A stretch of DNA of 64,000 bases, taken from the NCBI GenBank assembly GCA_022705325.1, contig JAKJER010000006.1, forward strand, positions 169,097 through 233,096, in the 5' to 3' direction. This DNA comes from Planctomycetota bacterium (lineage in GTDB: Bacteria; Planctomycetota; Phycisphaerae; SM23-33). Each line of letters starts with the position of its first letter. The stretch's first letter is position 1. Shown here one piece after another: positions 1-16,386 of the stretch. Made by a program: the position numbers and the translations under genes. The notes below the pieces were generated by a model. It made no database searches and was not told the origin of the DNA. It worked only from the letters and a program-made list of their open reading frames with translations.

Positions 1-2175
<2,175 letters not shown>

Positions 2176-2240
2176 GTCCGTCGCTCCTGGCGTCGTTGTC
2201 GTGTAGGTAAATCTATCCCGATGCCGCCGGCTGAATGGGA

Positions 2241-6011
<3,771 letters not shown>

Positions 6012-6282
6012 GTCCTCGTATCAAAAGTCGGTCCGACCCGTGTTGCGGACGTCTGGCGAACGAAACCCAAAAACTCACCACGCACGAACAACCGGCGCGG
6101 AACGGGCCAGGGGCCCGTCTGCCGGTCGATTGACCCCACGCGCGACCATCACCGGCAGGCAAGACCCCGTCCGGTACCAGGCGAGACTTGGGAACTCGCC
6201 TGGACGGGATCGCGGCCCTGACCGCCGGTGATGCGTCGCTGTGCTGTAGGTCAATCTCGATAGCTTTCCTGCCTTCGCGGCC

Positions 6283-6304
6283 GCGGGCGGTGCGTCGCCC
6301 GCGA
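6283..6304 (-). terminator. GC-rich hairpin (CGCGGGCG-GTGCGT-CGCCCGCG) in the rplL-rpoB spacer; candidate partial terminator/attenuator
   Basis: Perfect 8-bp inverted repeat 17 nt downstream of the rplL stop on the coding strand, with no strong U-tract. An attenuator at this position is classical in the rplJL-rpoBC operon. Confidence 0.35.
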
Positions 6305-6320
6305 CAGGCACTGGCCCGTC

Positions 6321-6713
6321 TTACTTGATCTCGACGGCGCCGCCGGCCTCTTCCAACTGCTTCTTGGCGTCCTCGGCCTCTTCCTTCGACACGCCCGTCT
6401 TGACCGGCTTGGGCGCGCCGTCGACCAGGTCCTTGGCCTCCTTGAGGCCCAGGTTGGTCAGGGCCCGGACGACCTTGATGACCTGGATCTTCTTGTCGCC
6501 GGCGCCGGTGAGGACGACGTCGAACGAGGTCTTCTCTTCCTCGGCCGGGGCGGCAGCGGCGCCCGGACCGGCCGCCATCATGACGGCGCCGCCGGCGGCG
6601 GGTTCGATCCCGTAGGCTTCCTTCAGGTAATCCTTCAGTTCGACGGCTTCCTTCAGGGTCAGCCCAGCCAGCTTGTCGCCCAGTTCCTTGATTGCAGCAC
6701 TTGCTTCTGCCAT
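6321..6713 (-). CDS. rplL: 50S ribosomal protein L7/L12
   Basis: 130 aa. The N-terminal dimerisation helix, an Ala/Pro/Glu-rich hinge and the C-terminal domain (…[23 protein letters not shown]…) are all present. Confidence 0.96.
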   Translation of the reverse strand: MAEASAAIKELGDKLAGLTLKEAVELKDYLKEAYGIEPAAGGAVMMAAGPGAAAAPAEEEKTSFDVVLTGAGDKKIQVIKVVRALTNLGLKEAKDLVDGAPKPVKTGVSKEEAEDAKKQLEEAGGAVEIK

Positions 6714-6847
6714 GGTTCCAAACCTTCCAAAACGTCACGGGAATCGTCAGCCCGTGTTCCCTGCCGGCCTGATAGGCGAGCACCCCGTTGGCGCTCATTT
6801 AATCCCTGAGGGACCAATCTGCAGCCGGATAAGTTTCTCTCTCTCGT

Positions 6848-7471
6848 TCAGGCCGAAGCCTCGCCCGCGGGGGCGGCTTCCGCGGCCGGGGGAGCTTCCG
6901 CGGCCGGGGCGGCTTCGGCGGCCGGAGCAGCTTCGGCTTCCAGCTTCTCGCCGGCTTCCTCTCGCTTCTCCTGGATGGCCTTGACCAGCGAGGCGATGGC
7001 CCCGCCGGGCCCGATCAGGCAGCCGGCCAGGTTGGCGCCGCTGGACAGCACGCACGAGACCGCCTGCCCGATGGCTTCGGGGCGGGTCGGGTACTTGCTG
7101 AGAGCCTCGATCTCTTCTTCCCGGAAGGGGTTGCCTTCGAGGACCGCGGCCTTGACCACCAGCTTGGGCGTCTCGCGATGGATGTCCAGCAGTTCGCGAA
7201 CGATGGTGACGACGCTGTCGGCCCCGTAGGCCAGGGCGCAAGGCCCGTCCAGCAGGTCGCCGGCGGCATCGAGCTTGATCTCGCGGAAGGCCGAGCGGGC
7301 CAGCGAGTTCTTGACCACCATCAGGCGGATGTCCTTCTGGAGCAGGCGAGAGCGGATCTGGTGGGTGGTGACCGCGTCGACGCCGGTGAATCCGACCACC
7401 GCCAGCGAATCCACGCCGGCCAGGCGATCGGTAATCTCTTTGCGAAGCAGTTCCTTGACTGGTTTGCTCAT
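6848..7471 (-). CDS. rplJ: 50S ribosomal protein L10 with an extra C-terminal EAAPA-type repeat tail
   Basis: 207 aa. It is L10-like throughout and ends in …EAEAAPAAEAAPAAEAPPAAEAAPAGEASA. It sits between rplA and rplL. Confidence 0.92.
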   Translation of the reverse strand: MSKPVKELLRKEITDRLAGVDSLAVVGFTGVDAVTTHQIRSRLLQKDIRLMVVKNSLARSAFREIKLDAAGDLLDGPCALAYGADSVVTIVRELLDIHRETPKLVVKAAVLEGNPFREEEIEALSKYPTRPEAIGQAVSCVLSSGANLAGCLIGPGGAIASLVKAIQEKREEAGEKLEAEAAPAAEAAPAAEAPPAAEAAPAGEASA

Positions 7472-7482
7472 GGTTTCACCTG

Positions 7483-8166
7483 TTACTGCACGTCCATCTG
7501 GACGCCGGGGGTCATCGCACCGGACAACACCGCGTTCTTGATATAGGTTCCCTTGGCCGCGGAGGGCTTGATGTGCTTTATGTGGCTGACGAAGGCGTTG
7601 ATGTTGTCCACCAGCTTCTCGTCGGCAAAGCTCATCTTGCCCACCGGCACGTGGATGTTGCCACCGGCGTCGTTGCGATACTCGATCTTGCCGGCCGAGT
7701 ACTCCCGCACGGCCTGGGCGACGTCGGTGACGACGGTGCCGGCCTTGGGCGAGGGCATCTTGCCCTGGGGTCCGAGGACCCGGCCCAGCCGGGAGACGTT
7801 CTTCATCACCGCGGGGGTGGCAACGGCGACGTCGAAGTCGGTCCAGCCGTCCTGAACCTTCTTGATCAGCTCGTCGTTGCCGGCCTCGATGGCGCCGGCG
7901 GCCTTGGCCTTCTCGATCTCGCTCTCGTCGCAGAAGGCGATGACCTTCTTGCTGGAGCCGATGCCGTGGGGCAGGCTGATCGAGCCGCGGAGGGCTTGGT
8001 CGGCCTGCTTGGGGTCGATGCCGAGGTGCAGGACCAGATTGACGGTCATGTCGAACTTAATGGCCTTGAAGGTCTTGAGGGCCGCGACGGCGTCGCCGAC
8101 GGGGACCTTGCCTTGCGGCACCTTCGGCAGGTCGGCCTTGTATCGCTTGCTTCGTTCCTTACCCAT
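7483..8166 (-). CDS. rplA: 50S ribosomal protein L1
   Basis: 227 aa with typical L1 sequence (…KFDMTVNLVLHLGIDPKQADQALRGSISLPHG…). The conserved rplK-rplA order is kept. Confidence 0.95.
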   Translation of the reverse strand: MGKERSKRYKADLPKVPQGKVPVGDAVAALKTFKAIKFDMTVNLVLHLGIDPKQADQALRGSISLPHGIGSSKKVIAFCDESEIEKAKAAGAIEAGNDELIKKVQDGWTDFDVAVATPAVMKNVSRLGRVLGPQGKMPSPKAGTVVTDVAQAVREYSAGKIEYRNDAGGNIHVPVGKMSFADEKLVDNINAFVSHIKHIKPSAAKGTYIKNAVLSGAMTPGVQMDVQ

Positions 8167-8288
8167 ACGGGTTTCTCCTGTCGTCCCGGGGGACTCCCAC
8201 TGTTGTTGGTGACGGGCCCGTGGTGGGGCCCGGCCCGCAGCCGGCAGTCAGGGCGGACCGTCCGCCCGGCGCCGGCAGATGCGGACGG

Positions 8289-8714
8289 TTATTTTTCGAC
8301 CACCAGCCCCATGGAGCGGGCGGTGCCTTCGATGATCCGGCAGGCGTGGTCCAGGTCGTGGGCGTTGAGATCGGCCTTCTTCTTCTCGGCGATGGCCCGG
8401 ACCTGGTCCATGGTGACCTTGCCGACCTTCTCCTTGTTGGGCGTGCCGCTGCCCTTGGCGATCTGGGCGGCTTCCTTGAGCAGGGCGGACGCGGGCGGGC
8501 TCTTGGTGATGAAGGTGAAGGACTTGTCCTTGTAGACCGTGATCACCACGGGGATCGGGGTGCCGGCGTACTCGCGGGTGCGGTCGTTGAACTGCGAGAC
8601 GAACTGCCCGATGTTGACGTTGTGCTGGCCCAGGGCCGGCCCGATGGGCGGCGCGGGGGTCGCCTGTCCGCCGGCGGCCTGCAGCTTGATCTGTGCGACG
8701 ATTTCTTTTGCCAT
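8289..8714 (-). CDS. rplK: 50S ribosomal protein L11
   Basis: 141 aa beginning [35 protein letters not shown]…, the canonical L11 N-terminal domain with the PPIGPALG motif. Confidence 0.96.
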   Translation of the reverse strand: MAKEIVAQIKLQAAGGQATPAPPIGPALGQHNVNIGQFVSQFNDRTREYAGTPIPVVITVYKDKSFTFITKSPPASALLKEAAQIAKGSGTPNKEKVGKVTMDQVRAIAEKKKADLNAHDLDHACRIIEGTARSMGLVVEK

Positions 8715-8821
8715 GGGTGTGAACCTTTCCGGATTCCGCTATGTCGCCTGGGTTATCCGCCCGTACGGCCAACGTCCGGGCGGGGCGGCTCACGGCCACC
8801 GGTCTGTAGGGTTTCGCATTC

Positions 8822-9373
8822 TCAGGCCTTTTCGACCTGCCAGTACCCCAGTTCGACGGGTGTGGCGCGCCCGAAGATTGTCACGATGACGCGGATCAGT
8901 CCCCGATCCAGCAGCACCTCGTCCACCGTGCCCTCGAAGTTTTCGAAGGCCCCTTCCTTGATCTTTACGCTGTCGCCCTTCTCGAACTCGACGCTGACGG
9001 GCCCGCCTTCCTCGGCCTTCTCCACCTGCATCAGCATCTTGTCGACGTCCGCCTGCTGCATGGGCGAGGGCTTGCCCGCGGCGCCGATGAAGTCGCCCAC
9101 GCCGGTGGTTTCCTTGATGAGGAACCAGGCCTTGTCGCCGATCGTCCCGTCGCTCTCGAGTTCCATCTCGATGAAGACGTAGCCGGGATACATCTTGCGC
9201 TCGACGAACTTCTTCTCCCCGCGCCCGCGGGGGCTGGGACGACGCTCGGTGGGCACCAGGATGCGACCGATGCGGTCTTCCAGACCCTCGATCTTCACCT
9301 TTCGCTCCAGCGCGCGGCGAACCTCGTCCTCCTTGTTCGACGCCACCCGCAGCACATACCATTGCTTGGCCAT
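8822..9373 (-). CDS. nusG: Transcription termination/antitermination factor NusG
   Basis: 183 aa with an NGN domain (MAKQWYVLRVASNKEDEV…GYVFIEM) and a C-terminal KOW domain (…GDSVKIKEGAFENFEGTV…). It is adjacent to secE. Confidence 0.94.
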   Translation of the reverse strand: MAKQWYVLRVASNKEDEVRRALERKVKIEGLEDRIGRILVPTERRPSPRGRGEKKFVERKMYPGYVFIEMELESDGTIGDKAWFLIKETTGVGDFIGAAGKPSPMQQADVDKMLMQVEKAEEGGPVSVEFEKGDSVKIKEGAFENFEGTVDEVLLDRGLIRVIVTIFGRATPVELGYWQVEKA

Positions 9374-9390
9374 GACCGTCCTTTAGGGCT

Positions 9391-9792
9391 CTAGCCCATC
9401 ACGCCCAGCCACCGGAACAGGACCACGAACAGCAGGTCCACGCCGAAGATGATCACCGCCAGGATGAACGTGGTCACGATCACGACCTTGGTCGAGCCGA
9501 CGACTTCCTTCCGGCTGGACCAGGAGACCTTCTTCATCTCGCCCTCGGTGGCGATCAGGAAGTCCGCCGTCCTGGGCCGATTGACGATCCAGAAGCTGAA
9601 CAGGCCGAAGGCCAGCACCACCAAGGTGGGGATGCCGAACTGGACGTAGGTCTTCATCGCCCCCAGGCCGCCGATGGCTCCCAGTTGGGCGCTCAGAACC
9701 ACCGCGCCGGCCAGCGCCAGTCCGAAAATCGTCACCGCGGTGATGATCCGGGTGTACTTGCCTTGACCGCGTTTGTAGATTTCAATTTTCAC
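9391..9792 (-). CDS. secE: Preprotein translocase subunit SecE (long, 3-TM form)
   Basis: 133 aa with three predicted TM helices. It occupies the conserved position between tRNA-Trp and nusG, and the C-terminal TM carries the SecE-like …KVSWSSRKEVVGSTKVVIVTTFIL…. Confidence 0.85.
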   Translation of the reverse strand: MKIEIYKRGQGKYTRIITAVTIFGLALAGAVVLSAQLGAIGGLGAMKTYVQFGIPTLVVLAFGLFSFWIVNRPRTADFLIATEGEMKKVSWSSRKEVVGSTKVVIVTTFILAVIIFGVDLLFVVLFRWLGVMG

Positions 9793-9857
9793 GTTTCACC
9801 GCACAGCCGCTTGATCCGGCGACAGCCCGCCGACCGGGCCGCCTGTTGCTCGTCCAC

Positions 9858-9930
9858 CACGGCAGGGAGGACTTGAACCCCCAACCTGCGGTTTTGGAGA
9901 CCGCTGCTCTACCAATTGAGCTACTGCCGT
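9858..9930 (-). tRNA. tRNA-Trp (anticodon CCA)
   Basis: Reverse complement folds as a cloverleaf: ACGGCAG-TA-GCTC-AATTGGTA-GAGC-A-GCGGT-CTCCAAA-ACCGC-AGGTT-GGGGG-TTCAAGT-CCTCC-CTGCCGT-G. The anticodon loop is CUCCAAA, the discriminator is G, and CCA is not encoded. Confidence 0.9.
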
Positions 9931-9985
9931 GTGCCGCCCGCGGGAGGGCGGGGTTCCGTCCCGCGGGCGAGTCTGCACGCTGCTG

Positions 9986-10153
9986 TTATTTCCGCTTGAG
10001 CTTATGCTCCGTGTGGTTGCGCGAGCGGGGGCAGTACTTCTTCAGCGTCAGCTTGGGCGTACCGCCGGCGGTGCGGACCTGGATGCGGTAATTCAGGTCG
10101 CCGCACTCGGTGCATTGCAGCCACACGTATTCGCGAGCCTTGGCCTTGGCCAT
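9986..10153 (-). CDS. rpmG: 50S ribosomal protein L33
   Basis: 55-aa ORF (MAKAKAREYVWLQCTECGDLNYRIQVRTAGGTPKLTLKKYCPRSRNHTEHKLKRK) with the C-x2-C…C-x2-C zinc ribbon. It is too small for the ORF track and occupies the classical tuf-rpmG-secE position. Confidence 0.9.
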   Translation of the reverse strand: MAKAKAREYVWLQCTECGDLNYRIQVRTAGGTPKLTLKKYCPRSRNHTEHKLKRK

Positions 10154-10156
10154 CGT

Positions 10157-11362
<1,206 letters not shown>

Positions 11363-11511
11363 CAGTAACGCTCCTCTTGTACGAGTTCTTGAATACTGCG
11401 TTTGTTTTGGGGCTTCCTGTCTATCGCTGACACCGCGTTGCTGCCCATCCTGCCGGGCCGGCCAAGCGTCGGCCTGTCCGCCATCCGGCTCGGCGGCCCC
11501 TGGGCCACCAG

Positions 11512-11583
<72 letters not shown>

Positions 11584-11933
11584 GCAAAGAAAAACTGACC
11601 ACAAAGCCCCTCCCCATCACACCGGCCCGGGGCCCGGCTGACTGAGGGTGCACTGCGACCTTGGCTTTGAGATAGACCGGCTAGTATACGCCCCAAAATG
11701 ATCCTGTCAAAAGAAATTTCAAGCCCGCCTCCAAGATTTTTGCCCGCAGGAAAGGCTGATTCGCCGCGCCGAGACCGCGTGTTGCGGATCGCCGCCCCTC
11801 GGGGTATCCTGTGCCCGCAGGGAAGCCCCTCGCGGCGCAGGGCAGGGCCGGCGTGTGCCCGGCCCCGCCGGACCACGGGCGCTGGGCAGATCATGAGAGT
11901 CAGGACACTGGGAACCCGAAGGACAGGATCGAC

Positions 11934-14900
11934 ATGATGACAAGGTTGAAGGGCGTCGCGACGGTCGTATGGGTCCTCGCTCTGGCGTCGCCGGCGAGGG
12001 CGGGTGAAAGCTACCCCCTGCTGGGCAAGGTCCGTCCGCGGCATGCCAGGGAGATCGCCGCCTCGCCCTGGTCGGTCGGCGGGGAGACGCTCGACCGCGA
12101 CTACGCGATCTACGCCAACTACAAGGGCTACCTCGGGCCGCTGGGGGTCAAGAAGATCCGCCTCCAGGCCGGCTGGGCCAAGTGCGAGAAGAAGCCCGGC
12201 CGGTACGACTGGACCTGGCTGGACGAGGTGGTGGACGATGCCCTCGCCCAGGGAGTGGCGCCCTGGCTGGAGACGTCGTACGGCAATCCCATCTACGAAG
12301 GCGGCGGCGGGGCCGGCCTCGGCGGGGGCCTGCCCACCGGCGAGAAGGCCCTGGCCGCCTGGGACGCGTGGGTGGCGGCCCTGGTCGGGCGCTACCGTGA
12401 CCGCGTGTTGGAGTGGGAGATCTGGAACGAGCCCGATCTCAACAAGAAGAACACCGCCGCCGACTACGCCGCCTTCTACATCCGCACGGCCGAGATCATC
12501 CGCCGCGAGCAACCCAAGGCCAGGCTGCTGGCCCTGGCCATCGCGGGGATCGGCAACACGGCCTACGTCGAGAGCTTCCTCAAGCCGCTGGCCGATCAGA
12601 AGAAGCTGCACCTGGTGGACCAGATCACGGTGCACGGGTACCCGGAGAACCCCGACTCGTCGTACCCCACCCTGGCCAAGCTGCTGAAGGTGGTGCGGAA
12701 GTACGACCCGAAGATCCCGCTGCGCCAGGGCGAGAACGGGGCGCCGTCGACGAAGACCGTCGGAGCCCTGTCCAAGCTCAAGACGTCCGAGACCGTCCAG
12801 GCCAAGTGGGACCTGCGCCGGATGATGGGCGATCTCGGCCACGACATGGAGTCCAACGTCTTCACGCTGATGGAGCTTCGTTACCGCGGCGGGCGGATGG
12901 ACGGATGGAACACCAAGGGCATCCTCAAGGCCGCTCCGGACATGACCGTGGAGAGGCCCAAGCAGGCGTATTACGCCGTGCAGAACGTGACGGCGATCTT
13001 CGACAGCACGCTGGCCCGCGTCGCGGACTTCGCCTGCAAGGCCGACCTGGACCAGCCGCTGGCGGCCTACGCCTACAAGCGGGCCGACGGGGCGTGCGCC
13101 GCGACGCTCTGGCTGAGCGGCAGGGTCCCCGCCGACGCCAGCGACAAGACGCCCGCGAACCTCACGCTGACGGGCGTGAAGTTCACCGAGCCGCTCTGGG
13201 TGGACCTGCGGACGGGCGAGGTGCGGGCGATCCCGGCCGACCGCTGGAAGGCCGGCGAGGGCGGCTGCTCGTTCCAGGGCGTGCCCGTCTACGACTCGCC
13301 GGTCGTGATCGCCGAGAAGTCGCTCGTGCCGCTGGCGCCGGCGGCAGCGGCGCGTGGCACGGGCATCCTGCCCGTGCGTCCCACGGGCGTCCCGCCCGTG
13401 GGCCAGGGCCGGGACGGCCCTGCGACGCAGGGGCGAGACGCCCATGCCACGCTTGTGCTCACCAGGCCGGTCCGCATCGCCGGGCCCAAGCAGGACGACG
13501 CCGTCCGCCTGGCCATGGAGGACCTGGCCGGCGACGTCGAGGCCGCCCTCGGCCGAAAGGCCGAGGTGCTGCCCCCGCCGGAAGCGGCCAAGGCCGCCCG
13601 CGCCGACATAGTCGTCCGAATCGACGGCGGCCTGAACGAGCCGGGAAGCTACACCATCGAAGTCACCAAAGACGGCGTGACCATCCGCGGGGCCGACCGG
13701 CTGGGGGCGGTCTACGGCGTCTACCGCTTCAGCCGCGAGTTCCTCGGCGTCGACCCGCTGTGGTTCTGGAAAGGCCACGCCGCCCCCACCGACCGCCGCG
13801 ACCGCATCGTGCTGCCCGCGGGCACGATTCGCTCGCAGCGGCCGGCGTTCCGCTACCGCGGCTGGTTCATCAACGACGAGGACCTGCTGAGCGAGTGGCT
13901 GGCACCCAGCGGCAAGCGGTCGATCGATTACCCGTTCTATGGGCAGGTCATCTCGCTGGAGATCGCCGAGCGGATCTTCGAGGCCCTGCTGCGATGCGAG
14001 GGCAACCTGGTCATCCCCGCGTCGTTCGTCGACGTGATGAACGAGCCGGAAGCCGAACTGGTCCGCCGGGCGGTGCGCCGCGGGCTGTACGTGACTCAGC
14101 ACCACATCGAGCCGCTGGGCGTGAGCCACTTCGGCTTCGAGAACTTCTGGAAGCGCCAGGGCAGGACCGTGCGGATGTCCTACGCGAGCGACCCCCAGGC
14201 CGTCCGGGAGACGTGGACGGCCTTCGCCCGCCGCTGGGCGGAACTGGCGGGCGAGCAGGTCATCTGGCAGCTCGGCCTGCGCGGGCGGGGCGACATGCCG
14301 GTCTGGTCCAGCGACAAGTCCGTCTCGGCCGACAAGGCGGGCGAGATTATCTCCGCCGCCATCGCCGACCAGTGGCGGATCGTCCGCTCGGTGGACAAGC
14401 GCGACCAGCCGCCCACGACGGTAACGCTGTGGATGGAAGGCTCGCAGTTGATGGCCCGCGGCAGCCTGAAGCTGCCCACGGGCGTCACCGTCGTCTTCGC
14501 CGACGAGGGCTCCTCACAGACGCTCCAGGACGACTTCCGCCAGACGCCCCGCGCCGCCGACCACACGTATGGGCTGTACTACCATATCGCGTTCTGGTCT
14601 CGCGGCCCGCACCTGGTGGCCGGCACGCGGATCGGCAAGCTCGCCGACCAGCTCGGGCAGGTCATCGACAAGGGCGACACCCACTACGCCGTCTTCAACG
14701 TCTCGAACATCCGCGAGCACGTGCTGGGGGCAGCCGCCGGCATGGAGATCCTCCGCGACGGGCGCTCGTGGGACCGCAAGGGCTTCATCGGTCGCTGGCC
14801 GGCCCGGCAGGTCGCCCTGCCGGAGTGCCTGCTGGAGCTGCCCGGCGACCGGTTGTTGCAGGACGGCACGGCCTGGGTGCTGGCCCGCAAGCTGCTGGAC

Positions 14901-15284
14901 CAGCTCGCCAGGAAGAAGACCGCCTTCCCCAGGGATTACCTGCCCGCGGGCGCCGCCACTGCCGGGGACTTCGCCGCCGCCCTGGACCGTTGCATCCAGA
15001 AGCTCGACGCGCTGGTCAAGCAGGCGGACGCGGGCGCCGCCGACAGGTTCTACACTCACACCCAGCCGCTGATGCTGCGCCAGTACTACGCCTACCTGCG
15101 GGAACTGGCGATGGCGATGGAGGACCGCTCCCGCCTGGCTGCCGCCTGTAAGGAACTGGAGGCCCTGTTGGCGATCCGCAACGAGGCCCAGGCCGGCCGA
15201 TGGGCGAACTGGTATCGCGGAGACAAGAAGGAGAACCTGCCCGCCCTGCTGGAGCGAACGCGGACATTGACCAGCGACCATTGA
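11934..15284 (+). CDS. Secreted two-module glycoside hydrolase: N-terminal clan GH-A TIM-barrel domain (…WEIWNEPD…) plus a C-terminal domain of uncertain family (GH115/DUF4838-like?)
   Basis: Start trimmed to MMTRLKGVATVVWVLALASPARA (signal peptide) with AAGGA upstream. The NEP catalytic acid/base motif is typical of GH5/30/39. The second half (…FRYRGWFINDEDLL…NLVIPASF…) resembles large accessory GH domains. The ORF ends …LTSDH* inside a CATTGA heptamer array. Confidence 0.6.
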   Translation: MMTRLKGVATVVWVLALASPARAGESYPLLGKVRPRHAREIAASPWSVGGETLDRDYAIYANYKGYLGPLGVKKIRLQAGWAKCEKKPGRYDWTWLDEVVDDALAQGVAPWLETSYGNPIYEGGGGAGLGGGLPTGEKALAAWDAWVAALVGRYRDRVLEWEIWNEPDLNKKNTAADYAAFYIRTAEIIRREQPKARLLALAIAGIGNTAYVESFLKPLADQKKLHLVDQITVHGYPENPDSSYPTLAKLLKVVRKYDPKIPLRQGENGAPSTKTVGALSKLKTSETVQAKWDLRRMMGDLGHDMESNVFTLMELRYRGGRMDGWNTKGILKAAPDMTVERPKQAYYAVQNVTAIFDSTLARVADFACKADLDQPLAAYAYKRADGACAATLWLSGRVPADASDKTPANLTLTGVKFTEPLWVDLRTGEVRAIPADRWKAGEGGCSFQGVPVYDSPVVIAEKSLVPLAPAAAARGTGILPVRPTGVPPVGQGRDGPATQGRDAHATLVLTRPVRIAGPKQDDAVRLAMEDLAGDVEAALGRKAEVLPPPEAAKAARADIVVRIDGGLNEPGSYTIEVTKDGVTIRGADRLGAVYGVYRFSREFLGVDPLWFWKGHAAPTDRRDRIVLPAGTIRSQRPAFRYRGWFINDEDLLSEWLAPSGKRSIDYPFYGQVISLEIAERIFEALLRCEGNLVIPASFVDVMNEPEAELVRRAVRRGLYVTQHHIEPLGVSHFGFENFWKRQGRTVRMSYASDPQAVRETWTAFARRWAELAGEQVIWQLGLRGRGDMPVWSSDKSVSADKAGEIISAAIADQWRIVRSVDKRDQPPTTVTLWMEGSQLMARGSLKLPTGVTVVFADEGSSQTLQDDFRQTPRAADHTYGLYYHIAFWSRGPHLVAGTRIGKLADQLGQVIDKGDTHYAVFNVSNIREHVLGAAAGMEILRDGRSWDRKGFIGRWPARQVALPECLLELPGDRLLQDGTAWVLARKLLDQLARKKTAFPRDYLPAGAATAGDFAAALDRCIQKLDALVKQADAGAADRFYTHTQPLMLRQYYAYLRELAMAMEDRSRLAAACKELEALLAIRNEAQAGRWANWYRGDKKENLPALLERTRTLTSDH

Positions 15285-15312
15285 ACATTGACCGTTGATC
15301 ATTGACCATTGA
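15264..15312. repeat. Heptanucleotide tandem array, 7 x (N)CATTGA, straddling the stop codon of the upstream GH gene
   Basis: ACATTGA CCAGCGA CCATTGA ACATTGA CCGTTGA TCATTGA CCATTGA read directly from the sequence; the TGA stop at 15282-15284 is part of the third unit. Confidence 0.8.
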
Positions 15313-15344
15313 AGACTCGTCTTGGGGCGCCGGTTCACTCGTGT

Positions 15345-15414
15345 CTCGTCCCTCGTCCCTATTCCCTGTTCCCTAGTCCCTGTTCCCTCGTCCCTCATCC
15401 CTATTCGCCGTTCG
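15345..15414. repeat. Heptanucleotide tandem array, 10 x TNNTCCC-type units
   Basis: TCGTCCC TCGTCCC TATTCCC TGTTCCC TAGTCCC TGTTCCC TCGTCCC TCATCCC TATTCGC CGTTCGA, strictly 7-nt periodic, in the spacer between the GH gene and argB. Confidence 0.85.
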
Positions 15415-15500
15415 ATGTTTTTCTTTCAGTGTCGTCTTGACCCCCCGTCGCTCGGCGGGTATGTTGCGCTGTTTCTCTTTTTGCACAAGGCACAGCGGAT

Positions 15501-16373
15501 ATGGAAGAAGCAATCGCGAAAGCACAGACGCTGGTCGAGGCGCTGGGGTACATCCAGCGCTTCTCGGACAAGATCATCGTGGTCAAGATGGGCGGCTCGG
15601 TGATGGACGACGAGCGCGCCATGAGCGACATCATGACCGACATCGTGTTCATGAACACGGTGGGGATGCGTCCGGTGATCATCCACGGCGGGGGCAAGGC
15701 CATCAACAACGCCATGGAGGCCCGCGGGCTCCAGGTGGAGTTCGTCCAGGGACGGCGCTACACGGACCAGCGGACGTTGACGGTGGTCGAGCACGTCCTG
15801 TGCAACGAGATCAACCGCCAGCTCGTGAACATGATCGAGGCCATGGGCTCCAGCGCGATGGGCCTGCACACGCTCAGCTCGACGGTGCTGTTCGGCGAGA
15901 AGCTGTTCCTGGAGTCCGAGGGGCGCAAGATCGACCTGGGCTTCGTCGGGCGGGTCACCAGCGTGAACGCCCGGCTGATCGAGCTGCTCTGCCAGGCCGA
16001 CACCGTCCCGGTGATCGCCCCGCTGGCCCGCGACAGGACGGGCACCAAGCTCAACTGCAACGCCGACACCGCCGCGGGCGAAGTGGCCGCCGCGCTGAAG
16101 GCCGAGAAGTTCGTCGTCGTCAGCGACACGCACGGCATCCGGCGCGACCCGAAGGACCCCGCCAGCCTCATCGCCCAGGTCAGCGAGGCCGAGATCCGCG
16201 CCATGATCCAGGACGGGACGATCTCCTCGGGCATGTTGCCCAAGGTCGAGGCGTGCCTGCGGGCGCTGGACGGCGGGGTCCAGCGGACCCACATCATCGA
16301 CGGACGATTCCCCCACTCGCTGCTGCTGGAGATCTTCTCCGACGGCGGCGTCGGCACGCTCATTCAGAAGTAA
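15501..16373 (+). CDS. argB: Acetylglutamate kinase
   Basis: 290 aa with …KIIVVKMGGSVM… and …VIIHGGG…, the amino-acid kinase family signatures of NAGK. It is followed by argF. Confidence 0.92.
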   Translation: MEEAIAKAQTLVEALGYIQRFSDKIIVVKMGGSVMDDERAMSDIMTDIVFMNTVGMRPVIIHGGGKAINNAMEARGLQVEFVQGRRYTDQRTLTVVEHVLCNEINRQLVNMIEAMGSSAMGLHTLSSTVLFGEKLFLESEGRKIDLGFVGRVTSVNARLIELLCQADTVPVIAPLARDRTGTKLNCNADTAAGEVAAALKAEKFVVVSDTHGIRRDPKDPASLIAQVSEAEIRAMIQDGTISSGMLPKVEACLRALDGGVQRTHIIDGRFPHSLLLEIFSDGGVGTLIQK

Positions 16374-16386
16374 AGCCGGGTGACCC

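Noticed and set aside
11654-11810. Promoter TTGAGA…TAGTAT upstream of the glycoside-hydrolase gene
   Set aside because: The hexamers are weak and lie about 250 nt from the trimmed start. Without TSS data this is not distinguishable from chance.
15264-15414. CRISPR array
   Set aside because: The repeats are contiguous 7-nt units with no spacers, far shorter than CRISPR repeats (24-48 nt), and no cas genes are present.
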